A DNA stretch of 64,000 nucleotides from Chloroflexota bacterium (GCA_030550295.1 JAUQPQ010000001.1:2162-66161), one strand, 5' to 3'. Shown: positions 37,313 to 47,647, counted from the first letter of the stretch. A program made the numbers and translations. The notes: generated from the letters alone by a model not told the origin.

Positions 37313-39060
37313 AGTCCGTGGTAGCGGTTGGCTATGGGCAGGCGCCAATCACGTCCGAAGGCCCTGGGGGTTATCTTGATCCCTGGGGGCGCCTGTCGCC
37401 GCTTATATTCGTTCCTGTCCACCATCCGTACTACCTTAGCCACCGTCTCCCAAGGGAAGCCACTGCCTACTATCTCCTCTGGGCTCTTCTCCTGCACTAC
37501 GTATGCCTCCAGGATGGCATCCAAAACGTCGTAAGGGGGGAGGGTATCCTGGTCTACCTGCCCAGGCCGTAGCTCGGCCGATGGCGGTTTGATAAAGACG
37601 TTCTCGGGGATGACGGGGCTGAGGGAGTTACGGTATCGTGCCAGGCGGTACACCAAGGTCTTGGGCACGTCCTTGATGACGGCGAACCCTCCTGCCATGT
37701 CACCGTAGAGGGTGGCATAGCCAGTAGCCATCTCCGATTTGTTGCCGCAGGTGAGAACCAAAGCGCCCCACTTGTTGGAGAGGGCCATGATGATGTTGCC
37801 CCGGATACGGGCCTGTATGTTCTCCTCTGCCACTCCTGGTGGGGTGCCAGCAAAGGCCTCTGCCAGCATGTCTAGGTAGGCCTGGTGAGCGGGCTCAATG
37901 GGGATCACTAAGAAGGAGATGCCTAAGTTTTGGGCCAGCTCCCGTGCATCCCGCACCGAGGCCTCAGAGGAGTAACGGGAAGGCATGCTTATGCCAGTGA
38001 CGTTTTCAGGCCCCAGCGCATCCACAGCGATGCAGGTGACCAGGCTAGAATCGATCCCCCCAGACATGGCCACCAGCACCTTCTGAAAGCCCGTCTTCAG
38101 GGTGTAGTCGCGGGTCCCCAACACCAAGGCCCGATAGACCTCCTCCTCTACACCTGGGAGGGGGACGATTTGGGGAGAGATGGGGGGCTTCTTATCTTCC
38201 CCCCTCCCAAGGGGCAAGGCAATCTTGGTGGCCAAGGTCTGGGCCTGGAGCCGCTCTAGCCTGCGTCTGGGGTCTCGCAGGCGTAGGCCCATAATATCGG
38301 CCACGTCGATGTCACATACGAGAAGCTCTTCTTCAAAGAGGGGGGCCCTGGCCAGAAGGCGCCCTTGGGCATCTATCACCATGCTCCCACCGTCGAACAC
38401 CAGCTCGTCCTGGCCTCCCACCATGTTGACGTAACAGATGGCCACAGCATAGTCAGAGGCGCGGGTGCTGATCATCCGTTCTCGCAGGTGGTACTTACCC
38501 ATGTGGTAGGGGGAGGCGTTGATGTTGATGATCACCTGGGCACCAGCTAGGGCCTGGCTGCGGGTAGGGTCGCCAGGATACCAGATATCTTCGCAGATGT
38601 TTACGCCGATCCCTATTGGCCCCAGGGTGAAGACAGGACAATCTCTGCCAGCTTGAAAATATCTGACCTCATCAAAAACCCCGTAGTTGGGCAGTCGCTG
38701 CTTGTGGTAGACGTTAACTAGGTGCTTATCGCTAATTATGGCTGCGGCATTATATACGTCGTCGTCTAGCTCGCCCCGGGCCGAAGGCTGATCGATGAAG
38801 CCCACTACGGCGGTAATGCCTTTACAGGCCTGGGCAACCTCTTGGAGGGCGTATACGTTGTCCCGGACGAAGCTCAGCCGGAGCACAAGGTCTTCAGGGG
38901 GGTAGCCTGGGATGGCCAGCTCGGGGAAGGCTACCAGATCGGCCCCCAGATCCTGGGCCTGGCGGATGTAATGGACGATCTTCTGGACGTTTCCTTCCAA
39001 GTCGCCCACCGCCGAGTCTATTTGGGCCAGGGCTACCCTTATGACCGCCAAAGCGAGCAC
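37309..39060 (-). CDS. nadE: glutamine-dependent NAD+ synthetase
   Basis: The 583-aa protein has an N-terminal CN-hydrolase domain (VAFPELAIPGYPPED, ICED) and a C-terminal NAD synthetase domain with SGGIDSS. Confidence 0.85.
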   Translation of the reverse strand: MLALAVIRVALAQIDSAVGDLEGNVQKIVHYIRQAQDLGADLVAFPELAIPGYPPEDLVLRLSFVRDNVYALQEVAQACKGITAVVGFIDQPSARGELDDDVYNAAAIISDKHLVNVYHKQRLPNYGVFDEVRYFQAGRDCPVFTLGPIGIGVNICEDIWYPGDPTRSQALAGAQVIININASPYHMGKYHLRERMISTRASDYAVAICYVNMVGGQDELVFDGGSMVIDAQGRLLARAPLFEEELLVCDIDVADIMGLRLRDPRRRLERLQAQTLATKIALPLGRGEDKKPPISPQIVPLPGVEEEVYRALVLGTRDYTLKTGFQKVLVAMSGGIDSSLVTCIAVDALGPENVTGISMPSRYSSEASVRDARELAQNLGISFLVIPIEPAHQAYLDMLAEAFAGTPPGVAEENIQARIRGNIIMALSNKWGALVLTCGNKSEMATGYATLYGDMAGGFAVIKDVPKTLVYRLARYRNSLSPVIPENVFIKPPSAELRPGQVDQDTLPPYDVLDAILEAYVVQEKSPEEIVGSGFPWETVAKVVRMVDRNEYKRRQAPPGIKITPRAFGRDWRLPIANRYHGL

Positions 39061-39140
39061 CTCCGGGCATTCATCAGGCTAGCATCGGCCTTGGGGGCGG
39101 TCAATTATCGCCCTCTTCTCCTTGTAACCCTGGGCTCCTG

Positions 39141-39629
39141 GTGGGAAAATGTCTTGTAGAGCTGTCCAGGTGGAGCGAGGGGGAGCCGATGGACGACTAC
39201 GGCTTGGATATGGACGAGGCGACCCAGGCCATACAAGAGGCTGAGGTCCTAGTGGTGCGGTTCGCTGCTTTGGACAAGAGGCTGCTAGTAGACTTCCGCA
39301 CTAGCGCCTCGGAAGGCCCCTTTATAGCGGTAGTGCCTAAGGCCTCATCCTTAGAGGAAAGATATAAAAGCCTCAAGCGCCTGCGCCCTCGCTTCCCACT
39401 GCCCGATCGCATCGTCGCCCTGATGTGGCACAGGACTTCTTTGGAGACGTTTCGCCAGTCGGGCCTATGGGACATCATCGTAAGCAGGTTGATAAGCTTG
39501 GGGGGCGAGGAGATGGCGCCCCAGGCAGAGGAGGTCTATCGTCAGCTCCTCCAAGAGGAAAGGCGAGAGATTATAGCCGCCATCCGTGGTGGCGGCTCTT
39601 ATCATACCCTGTGGGAGCGCCCCCGCTGA
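39141..39629 (+). CDS. hypothetical protein
   Basis: A 162-aa ORF with no recognisable motif. The real start may be the internal ATG (MDDYGL). Confidence 0.4.
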   Translation: MGKCLVELSRWSEGEPMDDYGLDMDEATQAIQEAEVLVVRFAALDKRLLVDFRTSASEGPFIAVVPKASSLEERYKSLKRLRPRFPLPDRIVALMWHRTSLETFRQSGLWDIIVSRLISLGGEEMAPQAEEVYRQLLQEERREIIAAIRGGGSYHTLWERPR

Positions 39630-39636
39630 GGGCCCT

Positions 39637-39951
39637 TTAGCTACCCCCTGGCTCAGTGGACAGGACATCAGCGTCGGCGATCTTCCAGTCCCCTCCCATC
39701 TGGCGCCAAATGAAGCGGGCGGTGAAATTAGTAGGCCCCAGATATTTCACCTCACTTACCCAGTCTTGCCCCTCCTGACGCAGAGAGAGCACCTCATAGC
39801 CCTGTATCTGGACGGCCATTCCTGCTCCAGCGGCTGCCTGGAGCTTAACCATGGCCTCAGGGCTGAGGTCGTTCATGAGCTGGCCTATGTCCATGGTGAG
39901 GACCGCCTTGGAAAAGCGGTGGACAGCCCGCTCCACTTCCTCCTGGCTCAT
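39637..39951 (-). CDS. hypothetical small protein
   Basis: A 104-aa ORF convergent with the previous one. No motif assigned. Confidence 0.4.
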   Translation of the reverse strand: MSQEEVERAVHRFSKAVLTMDIGQLMNDLSPEAMVKLQAAAGAGMAVQIQGYEVLSLRQEGQDWVSEVKYLGPTNFTARFIWRQMGGDWKIADADVLSTEPGGS

Positions 39952-40074
39952 GGCCCCTCCTTGTGTACTCTAGGCTACGGAAATGTTACGGCAGGATTGG
40001 GCCAGGGTGAAGATGAGAAAAAGAGTATGCCCCTGCGCCCCACCTTCCATGGTATAATGCAGGGGAGGCGGAGC

Positions 40075-40845
40075 ATGCGCATAGTTCGGGAGCCTCGAGT
40101 TTACCTTGTAGGTCGCCAGCATGTGGACGAAGAGGACATCCAGCGTTTCCTTTCTGACTATGGCCTTACCTGGGAGACGGACACAGAGGTAGGGGCCGAG
40201 AGGTTAGTGGAAGCGGGGGGGCGGGTATGCTATCTATCCTTTGGCAAGGGGCGCAGAAGCAACGCTGAGTACATTGGCAACCTCATATCCCAGCGGCATG
40301 GATCGGTGCTGGAGCATGCCGTTTGGAACTTCATCATCGCTGGCGTCTCGCGCTCCTTCTCCCATGAGCTGGTACGGCATCGGGCAGGGTGGGGGTATTC
40401 CCAGCTCTCTCAGCGCTATGTAGACGAATCTGATGCGGCCTTCGTGGAGCCAGACGTCATCGCTGAAGACGAAAGGGCCCACCAGGTTTGGTTGCGTGCT
40501 GTGGAGACGGCCCAGCGGGCCTATGTAGAGCTAGTAGAGATCCTTTCGGAGAAGTTCAAGGACGTGCCTGATAGGACGCTGCGGCGGAAGTTGGCCAGGC
40601 AGGCTGCCCGTTCTATCTTGCCCAACGCCACTGAGACCATAATTTTCGTCACTGCCAATGCGAGGGCCTTACGGCACTTCATCGAGCTGCGGGGCTCTGA
40701 GTGGGCAGACGCCGAGATAAGAAAAGTGGCCTTGAAGATATTGCGCATCATGCAAAGGGAGGCCCCCCATATCTTCGCCGACTACCGCGTAGAGCGTCTG
40801 CCCGATGGCACGGAGGTAGTGAAGACAGACTACGAGAAAGTTTGA
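40075..40845 (+). CDS. thyX: flavin-dependent thymidylate synthase ThyX
   Basis: The ThyX signature RHRxxxxxS is present in SHELVRHRAGWGYSQLSQRY. A TATAAT sits at about 40053 and a GGAGG RBS lies 7 nt before ATG 40075. Confidence 0.8.
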   Translation: MRIVREPRVYLVGRQHVDEEDIQRFLSDYGLTWETDTEVGAERLVEAGGRVCYLSFGKGRRSNAEYIGNLISQRHGSVLEHAVWNFIIAGVSRSFSHELVRHRAGWGYSQLSQRYVDESDAAFVEPDVIAEDERAHQVWLRAVETAQRAYVELVEILSEKFKDVPDRTLRRKLARQAARSILPNATETIIFVTANARALRHFIELRGSEWADAEIRKVALKILRIMQREAPHIFADYRVERLPDGTEVVKTDYEKV

Positions 40846-40863
40846 GTCTGGGGGTGGTTATGC

Positions 40864-41268
40864 ATGAAGGTGGAGAAGGTAGACCATATATCCATTGCTG
40901 TTAGGGACTTGGAGGCAGCTGTAGAGCGGTGGCAGGCGATGTTGGGCCTACAGGTGGCCCGCCGCTACCGCGACGAGGAAGGGGAGAAGATCAACGTGGC
41001 CCAGTTTCAGGTGGGGGAGACGATCATAGAGCTTATGGAGCCCACCTCGCCCGACTCAGAAGTGCAGAAGTTCTTGGATCGCCGAGGCGAGGGGATCATG
41101 CTCTTGTCCCTCCGAGTGGAAGACTGCAAACAGGCCCTGCAGGAGCTGCAAGGCAAGGGGGCTGTCGTCATCGATCAGGAACCTAGGCGCTTTGGGGAGG
41201 CCCGCTTCGGGTTCGTCCATCCCAAGAGCTTCAATGGGGTGCTTCTGGAGCTTATCTCTGGAACATGA
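40864..41268 (+). CDS. methylmalonyl-CoA epimerase (VOC/glyoxalase family)
   Basis: The 134-aa protein has metal ligands HISIAV...E...H...E at the expected spacing for MCE. Confidence 0.65.
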   Translation: MKVEKVDHISIAVRDLEAAVERWQAMLGLQVARRYRDEEGEKINVAQFQVGETIIELMEPTSPDSEVQKFLDRRGEGIMLLSLRVEDCKQALQELQGKGAVVIDQEPRRFGEARFGFVHPKSFNGVLLELISGT

Positions 41269-42161
41269 CGGCGCAAATCATTGATGGCCGGGCCATTGCT
41301 GCCCAGGTACGGCAGGAAGTGCGGGAGCGGGCGGAGAGGCTTAAGGCCCTGGGGATAGTGCCAGGCCTGGCCTTTGTGCTGGTGGGTGACAACCCATCTT
41401 CCCTTTCGTACGTGCGGGCCAAGGGGGAGGCAGCCCAAGACGCAGGCATCTATACGGAGACGTTCCATCTCCCTGGGTCTATTACTCAGGAGGAGCTACT
41501 GGAGTTCATATCTCGTCTCAATGCAGATCATCGCTTTCATGCCATATTGGTCCAGCTGCCGTTGCCCAGTCATTTGTCCGAAGAGAAGGTTATTGGCGCC
41601 ATTTCACCCGAGAAGGACGTGGACGGGGTTACACCTTTAAACATGGGGCGCCTCCTAAGGGGGGAGCCATGTCCACAGCCGTGCACCCCTAAGGGAGTGG
41701 TTGAGCTACTGTTGCGGTCGGGCTATCGGCCCGAGGGTAAGCACGTGGTCATATGTGGGCGCTCTAATATTGTGGGCAAGCCCCTAGCAGCCATCCTTAT
41801 GCAGAAACGCGAGGGGGCCAATGCTACCGTTACCGTATGTCACACTGGCACCCGTGATCTGGCCTACTTTACCCGCCAGGCCGAAATCTTAATAGCAGCG
41901 ATGGGCCAGCCCAAGGCCATCACCGCTGATATGGTGCGACCTGGGGCAGTAGTCATCGACGTGGGCAACAACTGGATCCCTGACCCTGGACGCAAGAGTG
42001 GGCGCCGTCTGGTAGGCGACGTGGACTTCGAGGCGGTGAAGGAGGTGGCCGGGGCTATCACCCCTGTACCGGGGGGAGTGGGCCCCATGACGGTAGCCAT
42101 GGTCCTATACAACACCGTGGAGATGGCCCAAAAGCAAGCTTTGGGCATAAGTGAGGTATAG
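41265..42161 (+). CDS. folD: bifunctional methylenetetrahydrofolate dehydrogenase/cyclohydrolase
   Basis: FolD motifs are present: IIDGRAIAA, LVGDNPSS..YVRAK, ILVQLPLP, and GRSNIVGKP. Confidence 0.9.
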   Translation: MTAQIIDGRAIAAQVRQEVRERAERLKALGIVPGLAFVLVGDNPSSLSYVRAKGEAAQDAGIYTETFHLPGSITQEELLEFISRLNADHRFHAILVQLPLPSHLSEEKVIGAISPEKDVDGVTPLNMGRLLRGEPCPQPCTPKGVVELLLRSGYRPEGKHVVICGRSNIVGKPLAAILMQKREGANATVTVCHTGTRDLAYFTRQAEILIAAMGQPKAITADMVRPGAVVIDVGNNWIPDPGRKSGRRLVGDVDFEAVKEVAGAITPVPGGVGPMTVAMVLYNTVEMAQKQALGISEV

Positions 42162-42163
42162 AT

Positions 42164-43246
42164 ATGCCTCGCACAGGCATCGCCCACCTTCCCCTTCATG
42201 GAGGTGCTGCCCCGCCTTGGCTTTTCGAAAGGATGTCCCGTCTCGCCCGGTATGTGGTGTTGACCCTTGTCGAGGAGTTTGGGCCCCAGGAGGTATTGTG
42301 CCGCTTATCCGACCCTTTCTGGTTCCAGGCGTTGGGTTGTCTTTTAGGGTTCGACTGGCACTCCTCAGGCCTCACGACGGTAGTGTGCGCTGCCATCAAG
42401 GAGGGTTTGCGGGGGCTTGGGAAGGATGGTGGCATCCTTGTAGCCGGGGGAAAAGGGCGAACTTCCCGCAAGACGCCCCATGAGATAGAAGCCTGGGCTG
42501 AGCAGCTTTCCTTCTCCCCTGGGCCGCTGGTCTACGCCTCCCGAATGGCGGCCAAGGTGGACTCGGCAGCCCTTCAGGACGGCTACCAGCTGTACCATCA
42601 CGCCTTCTTCTTCACGCCTAGTGGAGCGTGGGCCGTCGTGCAGCAGGGGATGAACGTGGAGCGCCGTTACGCCCGCCGCTATCACTGGCTAGGGGAGAAG
42701 GTGCAGGACTTGGTGTGCGAGCCCCACGCCGATATCGTCTCTGAGAACGTAGGGGAGGCGCTCAATTTGGTGGCCTTGGAATCGGGCCCTGCCCGCCACC
42801 TGAGCGCTCTACTGGCGCGAGAGGTAGGACACAAGATATTGAAAGACCTTCAAGCCGTTGCCACCCTAGAAATGCCCTCCCGACATCATCTCACCCCAGA
42901 GGACACCGATCTCCGGAGGTTGGAGGCAGGGTTGAGGAAGGCCTACGAGGCCCAGCCCCAAGACTTTGAGGCCCTCTTAGGTGTCGAGGGGGTTGGCCCA
43001 GCCACCATTCGTGCCCTCGCCTTGGCTAGCGAGCTCATCTACGGGGTGCCTGCCTCTCGCCGTGATCCTGCCCGCTATGCCTACGCCCACGGGGGCAAGG
43101 ACGGGCATCCCTACCCCGTGGATAAGGCCACCTATGACAGGACGGTGGAGGCCCTACGTAAGGCAGTAGAACGGGCACGATTGGGCCGGCGGGAGACATT
43201 AGAGGCGTTGCGCCGCCTCTCTATAGCCCTTCCTGGCGGGTGCTAG
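42164..43246 (+). CDS. DUF763 domain protein
   Basis: The 360-aa protein has the conserved N-terminus AHLPLHGGAAPPWLFERM, characteristic of the archaeal/bacterial DUF763 family. Confidence 0.5.
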   Translation: MPRTGIAHLPLHGGAAPPWLFERMSRLARYVVLTLVEEFGPQEVLCRLSDPFWFQALGCLLGFDWHSSGLTTVVCAAIKEGLRGLGKDGGILVAGGKGRTSRKTPHEIEAWAEQLSFSPGPLVYASRMAAKVDSAALQDGYQLYHHAFFFTPSGAWAVVQQGMNVERRYARRYHWLGEKVQDLVCEPHADIVSENVGEALNLVALESGPARHLSALLAREVGHKILKDLQAVATLEMPSRHHLTPEDTDLRRLEAGLRKAYEAQPQDFEALLGVEGVGPATIRALALASELIYGVPASRRDPARYAYAHGGKDGHPYPVDKATYDRTVEALRKAVERARLGRRETLEALRRLSIALPGGC

Positions 43247-43250
43247 TCCG

Positions 43251-43955
43251 GTGCGCGTGCGTCAGTTGCATCCTTGGGATCTCTCCCCCCAGGAGGCTAT
43301 GCGCCTTCAGCAGGAGTTGGCACGCCACGTAGTGGCCCAAGGCGCGCCGGAAGTTGTGCAATACGTTGCTGGAGCCGACCTGGCCTTCACCGCTGAGGGC
43401 AGGGCTAGAGGGGCTATAGCTGTGATGTCTTATCCTGATCTCCAGCTAAGGGCCCAGGTAGTGGTGGAGGGTGAAGTGAGTTTCCCTTACATACCTGGCC
43501 TACTTGCTTTCCGAGAGGTGCCGGTGCTGACCCAGGCCTTCCTTCAGCTAGAGGTATCGCCACACCTGGTACTGGTGGATGGCCATGGCCTTTCACACCC
43601 ACGTCGTTTCGGCATCGCCTGCCACCTGGGCCTCATGCTGCAGGTGCCCACCATCGGTTGTGCCAAGTCCCGCCTCTGTGGCTACCATGGCCCAGTGCCC
43701 CAAAATGCAGGGGGATGGACCTTTTTATATGACCGGGGGGACAAGATAGGGATAGCGTTGCGCACCAAAGAGGGTGCAGCGCCCATATACGTCTCCCCGG
43801 GACACCTCATAAGCTTGGAAGAGGCAGGGAAGTGGGCTTTCAGGCTCGTGCGAGGCCATCGTCTGCCTGAGCCTCTGCGGATAGCCGACCTCTTGTCCAA
43901 GGGGAAAAGGGCCCACCAGCCGCCCTACCAGGCCCATCTCTTCAGCTCCCTCTGA
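43251..43955 (+). CDS. nfi: endonuclease V (deoxyinosine 3' endonuclease)
   Basis: Motifs are present: YVAGADLAF, FPYIPGLLAFRE, VDGHGLSHPRRFGIACHLG. Confidence 0.85.
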   Translation: MRVRQLHPWDLSPQEAMRLQQELARHVVAQGAPEVVQYVAGADLAFTAEGRARGAIAVMSYPDLQLRAQVVVEGEVSFPYIPGLLAFREVPVLTQAFLQLEVSPHLVLVDGHGLSHPRRFGIACHLGLMLQVPTIGCAKSRLCGYHGPVPQNAGGWTFLYDRGDKIGIALRTKEGAAPIYVSPGHLISLEEAGKWAFRLVRGHRLPEPLRIADLLSKGKRAHQPPYQAHLFSSL

Positions 43956-43981
43956 TAAACTAGAGACAGGGGGTAATCGCT

Positions 43982-45089
43982 ATGGAAGAGGCGAAGGAGA
44001 TCCTTTTAGCTATCAGGGAAAGGCTCGACGAGGTCCTAGACCGTCTTTGACATCCCGCGCCTAGAGCAAGAGGCCGAGGCTATAGAGGGAGAGAGCGCCC
44101 TACCCTCCTTTTGGGACGATCCTCAAAGGGCCCAGATGCAGATGAAGCGCCTTGCAGCTATTAGGGAGCAGGTACAAACTTGGCGCAGCCTGGAGGGCGA
44201 GGCTCATGAACTGGCCGAAATATTGGCCTTGGCCGAGGCCGAGGGGGACCAGGAACTAGCCCAAGAGGTGCTTCAGCAGGCCCATGCCCTCAAAGAGCGG
44301 CTAGAGGAGCTGGAATTATCTTTGGCCCTCTCTGGCCCCTACGACCGTAGGGATGCTGTCCTCTCCATCCATGCTGGGGCGGGGGGCACCGATGCCCAGG
44401 ACTGGGCGGAGATGCTCCTACGCATGTACCTGCGTTGGGCCGAGGGGCACGGTTACACCACCCACATCGTCGACATCTTGAGGGGGGAGGAGGCGGGGAT
44501 CAAGAGCGCCACGGTAGAGATCTCAGGTTCCTATGCCTATGGCTACCTGAAGTCTGAAAAGGGGGTGCATCGCCTTGTGCGGCTATCGCCCTTTGATGCC
44601 GCCCATGCCCGCCACACATCCTTCGCCCTCGTTGAGGTGTTGCCCGAGGTGGAGACGCCTACTGAGGTGGAGATACGCCCTGAAGACCTAAAGATAGAGA
44701 CCTTCCGTTCCAGCGGACCAGGTGGCCAGCACATGCAAAAGAACGAGACTGCCATACGCATAACCCATATCCCTACGGGGATCACCGTCTCCTGTCAGAA
44801 CGAACGCTCTCTCCAGCGCAACAAGGAAACGGCCCTCAGGCTTTTGCGGGCCCGGCTCCTGCAGCTGGAAATGGAACGTCAGGAAGAGGAGCGGGCCCGC
44901 CTTAAGGGGGAACACGTCCCTGCCGAGTGGGGCCGCCAGGTGCGCTCCTACGTCCTTCATCCGTATAAGCTGGTGAAAGACCACCGCACCGAGGTAGAAG
45001 TCTCAGACGCCGAATCTGTCCTAGACGGGGAGCTGGACGTCTTCATAAAGTCTTACCTCAAGTCACAACTGGGGCGTAACCAAAGATGA
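43982..45089 (+). CDS. prfB: peptide chain release factor 2, expressed via programmed +1 frameshift
   Basis: Frame 1 reads MEEAKEILLAIRERLDEVLDRL, then CTT TGA C at 44045-44051. The +1 frame continues as DIPRLEQEAEAIEGESALPSFWDDPQRAQMQMKRL... into the body of the gene. The body carries the SPF and GGQ (SSGPGGQHMQKNETA) motifs. Confidence 0.85.
44045..44051 (+). other. prfB autoregulatory +1 ribosomal frameshift site CUU UGA C
   Basis: The canonical heptamer was read directly. An in-frame UGA stops a 22-codon leader. The downstream +1 frame encodes RF2. Confidence 0.8.
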
Positions 45090-46321
45090 TAGCCCGTCCC
45101 CTCTTTTGCGCCCTGGCGATAGCATTTTTCAGCTTAGGCCTTATAGAGCACGGGCCCCAGCAGGTCTTCCATGTCCAGGATCAGGTGGAAAACGCCTTCC
45201 CCAAGGGCGTCCTCTTTCGGCTGCGTCTGGCTGCAGACGTTCCGGTGAAAGAGGTTCGCCTCCACTACCAGGTCTCGCCCCGGGGCATCCCTGGGGTGGT
45301 GAGCCCCCCCTTTGAGCCGGGGGCGATAGTTGAGGCCAGTTACCTTTTAGGATGGCCCCAAACCTATCTCCATCCCGGGGCCCGCATCACTTACTGGTGG
45401 GAGGTGACAGATGAGGAGGGTCACGCCCTCGTCACTCCCACCGCTACCTACCTTTATGAAGATCCCCGCTTCCCCTTCAGATCCTTAGCGGAGGGGAAGC
45501 TCACAATCCACTGGTACGAGGGGACAGAAGGGGATGCAAAGGCCTTTCTCCGCCTGGCCCACGAGGCGCTAGAGGAGCTCCAGGCTTTGCTCAAGGTTGA
45601 GGTGCCATTCAACGTCCATGTGTGGGTCTACCGGAGCCCTCAGGATATGGCCCCTGCCCTTATGCCCCGGAGCGAGACCTTCGAGAGGCAAGTCATCACC
45701 TTAGGGACAAAGGTGGCCGACGATACGTTGCTATTGGCGGGCCTTAGAGATGTGGATACCCTTCGCCACGAGTTGGCCCACATCGTTACGGCCGTAGCGG
45801 GTGACACCCCCTTCGGCTCCATCCCTGCATGGCTGGACGAGGGGACGGCCGTGTATGTGCAAAAAAGCCCTGGTAGCTTCCGCTTCGCCCTGGAGCGGGC
45901 CGTAGCCCGTGACTCCCTTATACCCCTACCATCCCTTGCTAGCCCTCCTGGTGACCCCTCCCTGGTAGAGCTCTTCTATGGCCAGGCTTGGTCGGTGGTG
46001 TCGTATCTCATCTCCACCTATGGCGAGGAGAAGTTTGCCCAGCTTTTCTCCGTCTTGAAGAGGGGATCGCTAATGAACGATGCCCTAAGGGAGGTATATG
46101 GCATAGGCCTCCGCGAGCTGGAGGACGAGTGGCGCGCCTGGCTCGGTCTGCCGCCGGTAGTCTGGCCTACGCCTCAGCCTCAGGGCCTGGGTGAGGAGGC
46201 GTGGCGTACCCCCCCAAGGGCCGATGGAGTGCCATGGCCGTTGATAGGGGCCGGTGCTGCGGCAGTCATAGGGATTCTGATGGGGGCCTGGAGCTTGCAG
46301 CGCCTCCTTAGGGCAGGATGA
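45086..46321 (+). CDS. membrane-anchored peptidase-MA-like zinc metalloprotease domain protein
   Basis: The 411-aa protein has an N-terminal signal/TM, the HExxH motif HELAHIV with a downstream Glu, and a C-terminal TM. Confidence 0.5.
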   Translation: MIARPLFCALAIAFFSLGLIEHGPQQVFHVQDQVENAFPKGVLFRLRLAADVPVKEVRLHYQVSPRGIPGVVSPPFEPGAIVEASYLLGWPQTYLHPGARITYWWEVTDEEGHALVTPTATYLYEDPRFPFRSLAEGKLTIHWYEGTEGDAKAFLRLAHEALEELQALLKVEVPFNVHVWVYRSPQDMAPALMPRSETFERQVITLGTKVADDTLLLAGLRDVDTLRHELAHIVTAVAGDTPFGSIPAWLDEGTAVYVQKSPGSFRFALERAVARDSLIPLPSLASPPGDPSLVELFYGQAWSVVSYLISTYGEEKFAQLFSVLKRGSLMNDALREVYGIGLRELEDEWRAWLGLPPVVWPTPQPQGLGEEAWRTPPRADGVPWPLIGAGAAAVIGILMGAWSLQRLLRAG

Positions 46322-47057
46322 GGCCGCCTGCCTTTGGCTCTCCCTCCACGGGGGAGGACTCGCCCGAGCTGGTAGGGGTGCGCGTCAGAGTTTGGGATGC
46401 TACCTTTACAATTTGTTCGGCCAGAACTTTGGCCGGTATGGCCCCTGGTATGGCTACGCGCTCGTTAATGACGGTGAGGGGGACAGCGCGCACGTTATAC
46501 CTTTTGGAGAGCTCTGGGAACTGGGATACCTCCACCACTTCTGCGTGGACCTTGGGGTTGACCATAGCTAGACCGTAGGCGGCGCGGGCCATTTGGGGGC
46601 AGTAAGGGCATGTGGGGGTAACGAAGACCCTCACTAGTACATCCTGCTTGAGTTGCCGGATGTGGCGTTGGGCCTCCTCGGGCACAGGGGCCTCCTCTCG
46701 CGAGAGGTGGACGATCGTATCCACCAATTCGGGGAACTCGTAGCCGCCGGGGAAGCCGAAGAACTTGAGGGCTACCCCATCACGGCCTCTCAACACGATG
46801 GCCGGAACCCTGTCCACCCCCATGGACCGTGCCAGTTCGGGCTCCTCTTCTAGCACATGCAGGCGTAGGCTTATCTTGTCGGTCAGGCTGGCCAGCTCTT
46901 GTAATAGTTCCTGCGTGGGACGACAGGTGGGGCAAGGCTCCTTGCCCGGCACGTATATGCCCAACTCCTTCTGAGTGAAGAAGTCTATCTTCACCTGGTG
47001 TACCAGCTCCTGGGCGAACTTCTGGCGGAGGATCTCCTGCTCTTTAAGGGGGATCAT
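46308..47057 (-). CDS. two-domain thioredoxin/glutaredoxin-like protein disulfide oxidoreductase
   Basis: It carries two CXXC motifs (CPTC and CPYC) about 110 aa apart, as in thermophile PDO-type proteins. The start was chosen at the internal ATG with a GGGAGGAAAGG RBS. Confidence 0.65.
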   Translation of the reverse strand: MIPLKEQEILRQKFAQELVHQVKIDFFTQKELGIYVPGKEPCPTCRPTQELLQELASLTDKISLRLHVLEEEPELARSMGVDRVPAIVLRGRDGVALKFFGFPGGYEFPELVDTIVHLSREEAPVPEEAQRHIRQLKQDVLVRVFVTPTCPYCPQMARAAYGLAMVNPKVHAEVVEVSQFPELSKRYNVRAVPLTVINERVAIPGAIPAKVLAEQIVKVASQTLTRTPTSSGESSPVEGEPKAGGLILP

Positions 47058-47647
47058 CGCCTTTCCTCCCTTGCTCCAATACGGATCCACGCCAGAAAGA
47101 GCCTCTGTACTATGGTGAGGCTAGCTAAGATAACCAAGGCCCACAACATTACCTTCACATGATCAATTATAAGGCCTAGACCAAGGAGAAAGACACGTTC
47201 AGGGCGGGCCATGATCCCTTCGGTTAACCTCACTCCCACTATCTCGCTTCGGGCCCGGATGTAGCTAACCATGAATGAGGATACGGCGGCCACGAAGGCC
47301 AGAAGGAGCCCCTCCCTGTCGCCTCCCTGGCTGAAATGGAAGAGGAGGCCACACAAGACGGCCCCTTCTGAGGCCCTGTCCAGAACGGCATCCCAAATGG
47401 AGCCGAAGGGGCTTTGGCGCCCAGTGGCGCGTGCTAAGGCACCATCTAGGAGATCGAAAAGGCTGGCAGCCCACATGAGGATGCCCCCTGCTAGGCCCTC
47501 CCCTCTGGCCACCAGTACTCCTGCCCCTACGTTCCCCATCCCCCCTACCAGGGAGACGATGTTAGGATGGACGTGCCCTCGTAGTAGTAGGGAGATGAGG
47601 GGAGATAAAGCCCTTTCCACCATCTCCCTGGGCACCAGGTAGGACAT
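47054..47647 (-). CDS. CDP-alcohol phosphatidyltransferase (likely phosphatidylinositol-phosphate synthase type)
   Basis: The exact family motif D-x2-DG-x2-AR...G-x3-D-x3-D is present in FDLLDGALARATG...GSIWDAVLDRASE. The hydrophobic profile fits a membrane enzyme. Confidence 0.8.
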   Translation of the reverse strand: MSYLVPREMVERALSPLISLLLRGHVHPNIVSLVGGMGNVGAGVLVARGEGLAGGILMWAASLFDLLDGALARATGRQSPFGSIWDAVLDRASEGAVLCGLLFHFSQGGDREGLLLAFVAAVSSFMVSYIRARSEIVGVRLTEGIMARPERVFLLGLGLIIDHVKVMLWALVILASLTIVQRLFLAWIRIGAREERR

